Shown here piece after piece: positions 40,719 through 53,540 of a DNA stretch of 64,000 bases. The position numbers and the translations under genes are program-made. Positions within the stretch are counted from its first letter, which is position 1. The number at the start of each line of letters is the position of its first letter. The stretch covers positions 47,678,001-47,742,000 of the forward strand of contig CM022665.1 in the NCBI GenBank assembly GCA_012295275.1, read 5' to 3'. The notes under the pieces were generated by a model that did not search any database, was not told the DNA's origin, and saw nothing but the letters and a program-made list of their open reading frames with translations. The stretch is from Chrysomallon squamiferum. Lineage: Eukaryota; Animalia; Mollusca.

Positions 40719-42491
40719 TACACATGTATATGTATGTATGTAAGTGTCTCTTTCTCTCTCTATATATATTATATATATACATGTTTGTGTGTATATATAT
40801 ATATACACGTGTGTGTGTATAATTTATTTTTTTATAGCCAATGTTTTTGATAAACATTTTGTAAATGACCTTTTTGCTGAAAGTCGTTAATACTGTGCCT
40901 GCTAAAACTTGATGAAGAAAGAAAAAGAAAGAAATTGTAATTCTTTATGACAGCAGCATTTATTTTGAAACTGTGGAATGAAAGAGAGACTGAAGATGAT
41001 ATTTATTGTAAATAAAGTTTTATGTATAGTACTAGCAGTATTTTCTGTTGATTTTGAGGTACTGACTCTGTAGAGACAAATTCTTTTACTTTTTAATTAA
41101 GTTACAACACTGGAACAATCTCATTAATTTTTATTTTTTATTTTTTTTAGGGGTAGTTGATTATCAAAGATTTCTTTACAGACACACACACACACAAAAT
41201 ACATATCTTTATGCACAGACACATACAGTCAAACATACACATTCATTCACACATGTACACATTCATTCACACATGTACACACACATACATTCATGCACAT
41301 ATATAGTCAGTCAGTTACACAGACAAATCTTCACAACACAGTGATTAATTTACTACATCAGTTCTCAAAGGACATTTGCTTGTTTTCCCACCCTACCAGT
41401 AAGGTTATATTACAGACATCCGAAGAGACGTGTCAGCACATACCATGGACTTTCTACACTTGTCACGAAGCACAAGCTTGCAAAGTAAACATCCCAGTGT
41501 GTTTGTGATGTGTTTTCATCTTGTAAACTGACTACAGCCTCAACTGTGTGTACTTCAATGTCTTAGAAAAATAATCTGCATTTTTAATTTGGTCTTTGAC
41601 TTTGACAGTTTTTATTTTCTATTAAAACATTTTTTATTCTTTTATTTACTTTTTTAATATTTATTATTATTATTATTTTTATTATTATTATTATTTTATT
41701 TACTTATTATTTATATTATTATTATTTTATTTTTTTTTGCTGTCTTTTGATATATATTTTTTTTCTAATTATAATAAGAAATATTCTTAGATGTGATTCT
41801 TTGTGAAACAATGATGAATATAAAAGAATTACCTTTACCATCCACAACCTCAAAGAAAAAGTTAATTTTCAGATAAAATTGTTTTTTCTTTGAAAAAAAA
41901 AAGATGAATGGCTGTCAAAACAACATGCAATTTATTTTCAAAAATACTTAAAACAAGACCAGAAATGAGTTTCAATGTTTATTTGTTACAGTAATTAGAA
42001 AATAACTTTTTTTAATGATTAGAATTGAAAGACTGGAGTAAACAACTTGATAACATAAAGACACAAAAAAACCGACTACAACTTTCAGACATTACTTTTG
42101 TTAATTACTTGAGGTTAAACAGTCACAAGGAGACATTTTATAAAAATTAATAATTTGAGTATAAAATGAACTTGATGACGAGAAAATGCTGACAAAAGTG
42201 TATCGTTAAAATTACCATATTATAAATAAAATAAATAAAAAATTAATAAAGATAATAACAATTATGAATAAATAAATAAATAATAAATAAGTAAATAATT
42301 AATAAAGATAATAATGATTATGAACAAATAAATAAAATAAGTAAATAAATAAAATAAAATAAATAAAACAAGAGAAATTAAAAAATTAATTCCATGAACA
42401 AAATAAATTTCAAAACTTGGTGCTAGGAAATTTTAATGTGAATAAAGATGAATTAATTGAAATCACATTTTAAAGTGCATTTGTAGTAATG

Positions 42492-42557
<66 letters not shown>

Positions 42558-43366
42558 TATATCATGAAATGTTTGATAATATGCAAAAAAACACAAAAAA
42601 AACCCACATTATTTGACAGATGTGCAAAATTAAATTCTACAAAATGTCAAAAAAAAAAAAAAAAAAAAAACTTACAAAAATGGTATAAAATATTTCAAAA
42701 TACAACAAACGTAATAATACAAGTAATTATCTTTTTTTTTTTTTTTCATTAGATAAAACAGATCCTTGAGGTATGTCGTAAGTCACTGGTTTTTATTTTT
42801 TATTGTCACTGGCAGTTTTCTTAGTTATACAGATTTAGCAGCACTGTTTCCAGGTATTTCTAGTAGCACTGTTTTTAGTTATTTAGTGCTGTTTACAGTT
42901 ACCACCTGTTACTTAAACATTACCCAGAAATGAAAACGAATGAATATCAACGTCTAATTAATATCAACAATTATATATACATACCACTGCTGAGTCTAAT
43001 GTGATCTGCATACATTAAATCAATAAAATAAAAGTTTTTAATTAACCTTTGTCAACAGTCTGTTGTTGTTCTTCATTAGAGAAGTTCATTAGAGTCAATA
43101 TTTCTCTAATAAATAAGTTGTCAGATTCTGGCCTAGTTGTTTCTTTGTAAAGCTGAATGGTACGTACACTTGAACAATAATAACTAAATAAATCCATAAT
43201 AATAATAATAATAATAAGTAACAATAATAATTATAACTAACTAAATAAATTTAATAATAATAACAACAATAACATTAGGAATAATAATAATAATAATATA
43301 ACAAAATAAATAAAATTAATAATAACATTGGGAATAATAATAATAATAACAAAAAAATAAAATAAA

Positions 43367-43420
<54 letters not shown>

Positions 43421-43994
43421 TAAATAAAATAAACTTAAGAATTTTATCCTTTATTGAAAGAAAAAAATTATATAACACTCATCCTTGAACTTTCATTCAC
43501 AAATACACCATAATGAAATGACAGCCATGCACCACAATATATCAACAACGCAGTGAAACGGTAAGAAAATAAAATAAAATATATCAAAAATGCTCGAAAT
43601 GTGACTTTCACGATATGAGATCACTCATTTTGAAACATGACTGTAACACAGTTGAGAAACACAGAAGACCTTTAAATATCTCTGAACACAGCAAAATTAT
43701 TTTGTCAAGTTAAAACAATACCTACAGCCATAATTGTTTTTATAATTGTTTTCTATTTTACTGGTAAAGCTTGGATGGCTCACTTCATCAATACTTGATC
43801 ACAACCGATTAAAATTTTAGCTCAATTTAGCTGAATTTTAATTAATACATTTCAGTTTAATTCGTGGAAAGTGTCGGCATGGGTTGATCAACTGACTACA
43901 GAACTGAAATATTTTAATCTGATTATAACACATCACAGAAGTTAAGTTGACTAAATATTTGTGACACTGTGATTAAACTTTAGTGACAGTGATG

Positions 43995-46900
43995 CTAATA
44001 ATAATCATAATCTGAATCATATGAAGAACAACTGCTGTACTCTGCATCATAATCTTCTTGTCTGCAAAAAAAAAAAAAAATTAAAAAATTTGTTAGATAC
44101 ATATTTGTAACAGAAAATAAAACATATTTTGTTATTTCAAAGATTAAAAACCTGTGACAACATTTCCACGATCTGTACAGCATCATTTAACATTTGATAA
44201 CAATCATAAAATGATCAGACAATTTTAAATACAACTTTTGAGTAGAAAACACTTTGGTTGTTTAAAGATGACAATTTAAAAATTGTCAATAAAGAACCAC
44301 AAAATAAAATGAATAGATACCTATTTAATGAATGATATCTAATACATTTAATTATTAAGAATTAACAGGTTTTTATACAATACTAGGACAACTAAACAAT
44401 CCATGGGCTTGTGTGTTAGTGCTCAGCAGAAGGTGATTGGTTACCACTGCCTTCCCATAATCAGGAAAAAATATACTTTATTTTCTAGTATTAAAATGTA
44501 AAAATTATCTACTTACATGTTGTCAATTCTGCTTGATGCTTTATCTGAAATAAAAAAAGAAATGAATTAAAACAGAAAGTTTAACAAAACCAAGTGGAAA
44601 TGTTGATTTATTATTGTATATATATTCTGAGATAGATCATCTCAAATCTCTCCATAACAGCAATTCTAGAGCTTCTGTCACATTAACATAAACCTGACTC
44701 GTTTTAAATTACCAGACACTAAGTGGTAACATTTACAAGATGTCTATTTCAGTGGTAATATTACAAACACATACAGGTACACAGGTAATATTTCAAACAC
44801 AGATGTACACAGGTGATATTACAAACACAGATGTACACAGGTGATATTACAAACACAGATGCACACATGTGATATTACAAACACATACAGATGTACACAA
44901 GTGTATACTACTCACACTGCTCTGTACTACTCACTGACGTGTACTACTCACACTGCTCTGTACTACTCACTGACGTGTACTACTCACACTGATGCATACT
45001 ACTCACACAGATCTGTACTACTCACTGACGTGTACTACTCACACTGACGCATACTACTCACACAGATCTGTACTACTCACTGATGTATACTACTCACACT
45101 GCTCTGTGTACTACTCACACTGACATATACTACTCACACGGATGTGTACTACTCACACGGATGTGTACTACTCACACTGACGAGTACTACTCACACTGAT
45201 GTGTACTACTCACACTGCTCTGTACTACTCACACTGCTCTATGTGCTGGGTGGGGTCGTATTTCAGGGACAGCTCCTCTGCGTCTGGGTGGTCTCTCAGA
45301 TACTCTCTCCTCGCGTCCTCGGCGGCTTTCTCCATCTCCCTCTTGTGAATCACCTCCGCCTCCTCGATGTTAGCACAGCTGTCAACACAACACACTGCAA
45401 CTGTTAATATAACTAGATACACACACACAGACACATACACACAGCTGTGAACACAACACACTGCAACTGTTAATATAACTAGATACACACACACAGACAC
45501 ATACACACAGCTGTGAACACAACACACTGCAACTGTTAATATAACTAGATACACACACACACTGTTAATATAACACACACACAGCTGTGAACACAACACA
45601 CTGCAACTGTTAATATAACTAGATACACACACAGACACACACACAGCTGTGAACACAACACACTGCAACTGTTAATATAACTAGATACACACACAGACAC
45701 ACACACAGCTGTGAACACAACACACTGCAACTGTTAATATAACTAGATACACACACACAGACACATACACACAGCTGTGAACACAACACACTGCAACTGT
45801 TAATATAACTAGATACACACACAGACACACAGCTGTGAACACAACACACTGCAACTGTTAATATAACTAGATACACACATAGATACACACACAGTCACAT
45901 ACACACAGCTGTGAACACAACACACCTCATGTAGTTTAACTAGATACACACACAAACAGCACACAGCTGTGAATATAACACATCAGCTGTATTTTAACTT
46001 GATATAAAAGACACAGTCACAGACACATATACATATCACAGTTGTAAATATAATACATTTCCACTGCATTTTAACTAGCTAAACAGGCACACAGACATAC
46101 ACACACACAAACAGCACAGCTGTGATATAACACACTTCATCTGTATTTTAACTAGACACAGACACACACACAATCATACACACACACACATACACATAGT
46201 CACACATACAAATACCTTCACACACATACATATGCATTCAACATATACACACACACACAGACACACTCACACTCACATAGACACACACACAGACACACAC
46301 ACACGCAACTCATGTCTTACTCTGGTTGGTGGTGTGAACACATACGATGTCTTACTCTGGGTGGACATTGAAGTGGTTGTAGTCGATGTCGGGCTGTCGA
46401 CACACGTAACACGACGTTGCCCCGCAGCTGCACGTCATTTTGTTGCAGCCGATGTCCTTGTAGAAACGTTTCCTACAACGGTGACACTGTCGTAGCATTG
46501 CCTCAGAGATCTTCATCTCGATATACGTCCTCATGTTTGTCTCCCCTTGTTTCTCAACCTCGTCACATTTCAAAGGCACGTGGTTCAGTTCTTTGCAAAG
46601 TCTGCCAAATTGGTTATTAAAAATTAAAAAAAAGTAAATTTTTCTAGAAAAGTTATTTATGGATATATAGTTTTGTATTTCATTTGTATCCATCTAATAT
46701 ATATATAGATTTAAAATTTAAAATGACTGAATTCAAATTATATTAAAAAAAATATATAGATTTTTTACAAGAATCAATACAAAGTTGTATTTATATATAT
46801 ATAAAAATTTCCCATTTTTTTAAATTTAACATAATTTCAAAAGAAAATTGAAAAAGAAAAAGAAACAAGAAATATATTTGAGGAAAAAATATTTTAATCA

Positions 46901-49018
46901 GTTAATAAATACATTTAAATTACATGAAAATTATTCTAACCAAAAAAAAGTATTAAAATTACAGACAGAAAGACTGACTCTCAGAACATTTACAGTTATG
47001 TTATACAAACTACCTATTTTATTTTTTGTTATTTCTACCGAATTTATCATTTACCATTTTACAATTATTAATTTTATCTCACAAACCTTTTTATCTTTTG
47101 TTATTTTTATTTAATTAAATTTTATTTCATCTGAAACTGAAAGTAAACGCTAACAAACATAACCAATTAATTTTAAGGTAAAAAAAAAAAAAAAAAAAAA
47201 AAATAAAATAAAACCTCACCTGCAGGTTTCTTTCAGACACTCGGAGTTCAGACAGCGGAACACTCTGTCCGACGGATCGGACATGACGGCCGCAAAGCTG
47301 CAGTAGGGACATGTTTCCAGATCGGGAATTCCGGCTCTCTGAACCTCTTCCTCCTGCAGGTTGCGCAGGAGCCGAGAAAACAGCGAACTCGGCAGAACCT
47401 GCTGCAGAACCGAGAGAGGGATCTCGTTGTCGCAGGAGCCAGTCAGGCAGGAGACTTTCGTCTTTGCTTCTCCTACAGCTGCCTCCGTCGACCGCCTGAT
47501 GCACTCCTTGCAGACGAGGTGGCCGTCTGCGCAGGCCGACATGTCCTCAAACAGACGCTCGTCGTCGAAACAGCAGCCGCACTCGTAGAGTTCTCCTTTC
47601 TCCTTCGCGATGAGAACCTGGATCCTCCTCTCCTCCTCCTTCGACGACAAGTAACCTGAACAAACACAGAAAATATCTTTACTGTTTTAAATATCTTTAC
47701 TGTTTTAAATACCTTTACTGTTTTAAATACCTGTATTGTTTTAAATATCTTTATTGTTTTAAATATCTTTAGTAAATACCTTTATTGTTTTATATATTTT
47801 TAGTAAATATCTTAATTGTTTTAAATATCTTTAGTAAATATCTTTATTGTTTTGAATATCTCTAACAAATATCTTTATTGTTTTGAATATCTCTAACAAA
47901 TATCTTTATTGTTTTAAATATCTTTAACAAATATCTTTAGTAAATATCTTTGTTTTAAAAATATTATTAAATATCTTTATTGTTTTAAATATTTTCAGTA
48001 ATTATCTTTATTGTTTTTATAAATAAATAAATTAATAACTGAAATGAATAAAAGAAAAAAAGAAAAAACCTAAAATGAATAAACAAACAAATAAATGCAC
48101 GAACAGATAACTATGAAAATAAAAACAAATGGATGAAATCATGAATGAATAAACAAACAAACTTCACGTCTATTCAAGCAGAAACCATGTTTTAAAGTGT
48201 GTCTGTGAGGTGAGTGTGATTAATTTGTGGTTTGGTTTGGTCTGATCTGCAGCCATTACTAAAATTACCTCGGATTTTCGCTTCGTTCTGGTAAAACAGA
48301 ATCTCGTGAAAGAACAATTCGTCTGGTTCTTCTGGTAGAGGAATTTGTGATGTTCTTGGTTGAGGCCTGAATTTTTTTGAACTCTGTACAGTGTCTAAAA
48401 ATAAATAAAAATAAAATCTTTAATAAATAAATAAATGTAAAAAAAAATAAAATACAATAATAATAAATAAAAAAAAATGAAAAAATGAAAAAATAAATAA
48501 ATAAATAAATAATGAAATAAAATAAATAAATAAATAAATAAATCAATTTTAAATAAATAAATTATATAAAATAAATTTTAAAAATAATAATAATAATAAT
48601 ATTAAAATGCTCCTAGTCACAGCACGTCATGTGAATCGTTCATTAAAAAGAATTTATATCTTAGGATAATTACGTATCTATCTTGTTATGGCACATTTAA
48701 TATCCCACTCAGTGATGTACTGTTGTATTCTGTGACAGATATTTACCAGAGGTTAATAGTGTTCACATAATCCCATAGACATGTTAATAACATTTGAAAA
48801 AATAAAATACTTAACCATTTTTATGATCAATATTTTTGGTTTATTTGCCAAGTGCATACAATTATACAAGAGAAAGTGAGAGAAGGAATGAGTCAGGTTG
48901 AGAGAGAGAGAGAGAGAGAGAGAAGAGAGAGAGAGAAAAAAAAAGAGAGAATCTTTAAGAAATGAATGAAATAAGCAAATGAGAAAGAGAGGGAATTAAT
49001 AAGAGAGAAGAGAGAGTA

Positions 49019-49053
<35 letters not shown>

Positions 49054-50743
49054 TGTGTGTGTTACCTAAAGTGTGCTGTAGTTTCTTTCTGGCAGGTGTG
49101 TAGTGGTAGTTTTCAGAGTTGAGGACGGACTTGATGTACCCGTCTTTGAGTCGAGGGAAGTCGTTCTTCAGCTGAACCAGGCAGTGGTCTCTGTAATTCT
49201 CACTCAGCTTCTTGTCTCTGTCATAGAACGTTCTCAAAGGATCCGGAAACTTCGACAGAAACAACTCCATGTCGAACTGGAGTCTGTTCAGCCTGTTCTT
49301 CAGAGCCACCTTCGTCTGTTTCGCCAGGACGTCCTTCAGCTTGGGGTAGTTCCTCATCTCAAACATGCGAGCCGCGAGATTCTTCACCCTTTCGGGATCG
49401 TCGCATCTCTTCTCGAGTTCCTCGAAGATGTAGTTCGGGTCGCAGTCGGGAAAGATTTCTCTCAGATCGTCCACTTCGTCCTGGATCGTGGAGGGTGGTG
49501 GGTGAAACTTGTTGTTGATGGGGGGTTTGTTCTCGCAGTCCTCCTCGAGCGCGCTCTGTGACAGACTTCCTGGTGCCGATGATGATGATGACTTCAGGAG
49601 CTCTTCAATGACGAGCTGGACTCGGTTGTTGTTGTCGTGGTGAGCTTCGACGTAAGCATAGATCTCGTTCCTGTCCTTGTCGGGAAACATCTTCGCGATA
49701 GTTCTCATATCGCGGAACACGGGGTCGCGTCGCAGCATCGGGTCGTCGGGGAGGGAGTCGTCTCGTTTCAGCGCGGCGCAGTCCGCGGCCGATCTACTGT
49801 TTGTCTCTCTCAGCTTCCTGATCACCTCGTCCACTCGTCCAGTCTCCGTGGCCAGGTCCTCCAGCATCGTGTACACTTCGTTTGGGTTTGAATCCGGCAT
49901 CGTTCTCATCACCTGCTTCACCTCGTCAAAGATGTTCGGTGCCTCCGAATTATCTCCCTTAGGAAACTCTTCTACGCGTGAATGTCGATAAATATCACGG
50001 TTACCTGCCTTAGCAAAGTTTTTCATGTTATGCGAATGTTGGTAAATGTAGCTGTTATCTCCCTCAGCGAACTCTTCAATGTGTGAATGTCTGGAAATAT
50101 CACAGTTGGCTCCCTTTGCGAAGTTTTCTGTACGAAAACGTTTGGTAATATTTGTTTCTGTGTCTGAATCTTCCAGTACTCCTGCACCAAAACCGTTTAC
50201 TGCTCTGTTATTAAGTTGTTTTTTCTCTCTTCCTCTGTTTGTGTTACCTGCATTGTTGTCGACATTTTCTGCTAACAAGCCGTCTAGAATTTCTGCTGAC
50301 ACGACTTCCAAACGATTTGGCAGGGACCGGTTCTGTTCAAGTTTTTCATAAATGGCCGAAATATTCACCTGAGGGACCATGGCCGAAATAACTTCAGCAT
50401 CTCTCTGTAGTGAAGAGGTTTTAGTCAGCGAGGTACTGTTTGTGTTGTCACTTTCAGAACACCTCAGACTGCGACAGTCATCTGCAGGTTCGAGGTCAGG
50501 AAGGCTGCCTGTGTCTTGACTGCTGAACAAACGCTGTGTGTCATCCAGCTCGGTACTGTCCAGTGGGAGACTCACACAGTCATATTTCTCTGTTTTCTGG
50601 GAGTCGAACTCATCCTGATCACAAGGAGAATCTTCCAAGTTTTCTTTCTTTCTGGCTTTCTTTGCTGCAGTAACGGTGCCATCCTCCACTAAACTGTTAG
50701 TGCAGCATGAAGACGTTCTCTTGATGTTTTTGATGGTTTCCAT
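43995..50743 (-). CDS. RNF216: RBR (RING-IBR-RING) E3 ubiquitin ligase, RNF216/TRIAD3-like, 7 coding exons, about 908 aa
   Basis: Minus-strand exons 49066-50743 (ATG in ACCATGG), 48269-48394, 47220-47655, 46356-46601, 45233-45378, 44517-44544, 43995-44061 are phase-consistent (2727 nt). RING1 ECGCCF..CADGHLVCKEC..CLTGSC; IBR CPYC..CLNSECLKETCRLCKELNHVPLKC; RING2 CHRC..GCNKMTCSCGATSCYVCRQ..YNHF. Probable non-coding first exon ends at 51003. Confidence 0.88.
44750..44904. repeat. About 28-bp tandem repeat, about 5 copies
   Basis: Iterated CAGGTGATATTACAAACACAGATGTACA, abutting the donor-containing array. Confidence 0.85.
44905..45240 (-). repeat. About 18-20-bp minisatellite (about 17-18 copies) containing the RNF216 exon-5 donor
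   Basis: Plus-strand core GTACTACTCACACTG equals minus-strand CAGT/GTGAGTAGTAC; the exon-proximal copy is the real donor. Confidence 0.92.
45374..46160 (-). repeat. About 60-66-bp minisatellite (about 9 good + about 3 decayed copies) containing the RNF216 exon-5 acceptor
   Basis: Plus-strand unit CACAGCTGTGAACACAACACACTGCAACTGTTAATATAACTAGATACAC(AC)nAGACAC; on the minus strand each unit ends TGTTCACAG/CTGTG. Confidence 0.92.
47671..48016. repeat. About 18-bp AT-rich minisatellite next to the RNF216 exon-3 acceptor
   Basis: Iterated AAATATCTTTA(C/T)TGTTTT with variants, starting about 15 nt from the acceptor AG. Confidence 0.85.
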
Positions 50744-50902
50744 GGTTGAACGAAATCCCACCTTAATTTAAAAAGATAAATGAATAAAATAAAATATAAA
50801 ATAAAAAGTGTAATAAAATAAACAACAGTGAAATAACAGCGATTTTTTTTATAATCATTTTATAGAAACAATGTTTCTTTTAATAATGTTATACTGGATA
50901 TC

Positions 50903-50907
<5 letters not shown>

Positions 50908-50991
<84 letters not shown>
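50908..50991. repeat. Compound (GT)n(GA)n microsatellite in the RNF216 leader intron
   Basis: Directly visible, about 10 nt from the donor at 51001-51002. Confidence 0.95.
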
Positions 50992-50994
<3 letters not shown>

Positions 50995-51916
50995 CTCCTT
51001 ACCTGTTGCTTTAGTGTTGGCTACATTTCCACAATAAATATTCAATGGTTGGTACGTTCGTGCGAATGTTTTCACAAATACTTTAGCTTGTCATCTTCAG
51101 AATATTCTCTAAAGAATGACTAAAAACATCACGGAAATCATTTTTGTACCGGGTTTATTTCAAATCTGAAGATAATCACGTGAGCTGGTCGTGATATCAC
51201 AACTTGCAATTTTATTGCTCAACACCCAAAACAAGAATGGACTTGTGCTTGAACCGGAAATAATATATCGTAAGGGAGATAATCTGGGGAATTTTATCGC
51301 GTATTCTTTTCTACAATATTCTTGGACACAGAAGCTAAAGAAAAAGAAAATTATAATAAATACTGCACATTTTGTAGGTTTAGGTTATTTAACCGATTTT
51401 TGAAATTATATTTGAGAGCTTTACTTTTTATACGTATCCAGGGTTGTGCTTTAGGTAAGAGGGTGGGAGTTCCGAAACAATTACCATAAACATTATGTAA
51501 ATCCTTTGAAATTATAAATTTTACGGCGTTTGTCTATTCACAGTTCTTGGCATTACTGTCTGTTTGCCGGTGCTTGTCACCATAACCACAATGTCATCGA
51601 ATCAAACAGTGAAGCTGGCACCCATTTTTTATTTTTATTTGAGAGAGGTGGAGGCTTGCAATCGGGAAAACGGACCATAATGATGATAATCCGCTATCTG
51701 AGCTGTCGGACATCTGATATTTTTCAAGACGTGGTTTGTTAGTACAGATAAGATTTTCTTTGGATTTCACTGCAAATTGTCCTTTTGAAGGTAGAGCATA
51801 AATAAAAAAAAAAAAAAAAAAAGCTTTACTTTTGCTTTTAAACAGGTCTATACTGTTTTATTTGCATATAATTATTATTCATTGTATGTTTGTGTGTGTG
51901 CAAAAACAGTTTGTAA

Positions 51917-51951
<35 letters not shown>

Positions 51952-53540
51952 ACAAACAACAACACAATTAAATTCTTTTAATTTTTATTTAATAGTTCAC
52001 ACTATTATTCGCAAATTTGACAAAACTGGCACCATATTTGTAATTAATAAACGTTTGGGTAAATATTGATTTCAGATTCTCAACATACATTTTTAAAAAT
52101 TAAATGCTCTATTATAATTCTGATATTTCACTTTTCCAGGCTTAAAAAACCTCAGTGAACCAGGCCATCAAGAATAGTGGGCTAGTTTTAATATCCCAGT
52201 TTATTTTGTGGATACAACTGGAGTTAATATTTTTAGAATCCATTGTTAGAAAATACACTATTTTCTTTTCTCACAGATTCAATGTTACTGTCATGTAGTT
52301 TTTACATCTAGTCAAATAAGATGACATTGCTGGATATATAATTAATAAAATCAGCGACATATTAAAAACAGGGAAACAGAATGGCAGGCCATCAATCTTC
52401 TTTTTTTTTTAAAATGTAAAAGTTATTAATTAAGCAGACTGTCAGTATTCTAGCTATAACAATATTGTGATGTGATTTTAAATCTGACCAAATAAATAAG
52501 ATGCCAATGCTCTAAAAACATATTTAAAACCGAATGATAGGCCATAGAGTCAAAAACTGTAAGAAAACAGTACAAGTTTGTCATGGTATAGTTATAAATG
52601 TGAACAATTTAAACATAAGCCAATGCTGTTAAATAAAATCAGTGACATATTTAAAAGAGATACAGAAAGATAAGTCAAAAGGTGCTTTTAAAAGTATTAA
52701 ACAATGCTTTATTTGTATAGCTATACCAATTCAGAAACACCCATCCAAAAAAAATTGTTTTTTTAAATTATAGTAATAAGAATATAGCAAAGTAAAAAAA
52801 AAAAAAAAATAGACTGAAACAGATTTAATGAATAAAATTACATTTTTTTTGTAAGACCGTGTGAATAAAATGAACAGAATGTATGATACAAAACTCAGTT
52901 TATCTGCAAACAGCTCTTATGTATAGTTATCTCACTCACTTCGTATGTGATTACCTCTTCAGTCCAAAGTACAAAACGTTAATGTATTAAAACAAACAAA
53001 TCCTTACACTGGATTATCTGTGTCATAATGTTTTGACTATATAATAATGTATCATATATGCTTTTACACTATGCTTGTTTTGTAATCTCTATACTATGTT
53101 TTTTTTAACTGTAATAATAATTTAAAAAAAAAAAAGGATTGGATAACTTTATTGATGGAAACTATACGGTTAAACCATGTGGTTAGATATTTAAAAAATC
53201 TAAGAATCACATTAATTGAGTTCCAACATTAATTTTTTCCAAACATCCTTACAGTGACTTCTCAAAATGCTTTAATATTGTTTCAGTCCTGTACGAATTA
53301 AATACGATCATTATAAAACTGCTAAAATAACTCAAACATTAAATTCCATTACATTTCCTGCCAACCATTTCAGATTTACACTTAAAATATCTACACTGTG
53401 ACTGCTGGCGAGAGATGAAACTTGTCTTCTGCAACACGCCCTGGACTGGCTGCTGCAGCAGTCTTCATTTACTTATTCAAACACTGACAACAAACTCGTG
53501 TCTATATCAGCTAACGTCCGAGGTACAAACGTTTTTTTTT

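Noticed and set aside
49103-50351. Plus-strand ORFs opposite the large RNF216 exon
   Set aside because: Antisense shadows of biased codon usage.
48893-50761. ORF-track ends of the 622-aa ORF (GTG start, LSLSLS tail) and of the 425-aa ORF at 19040-20317
   Set aside because: These run past splice sites into leader or intron sequence; the true coding limits are 49066-50743 and 19124-20174.
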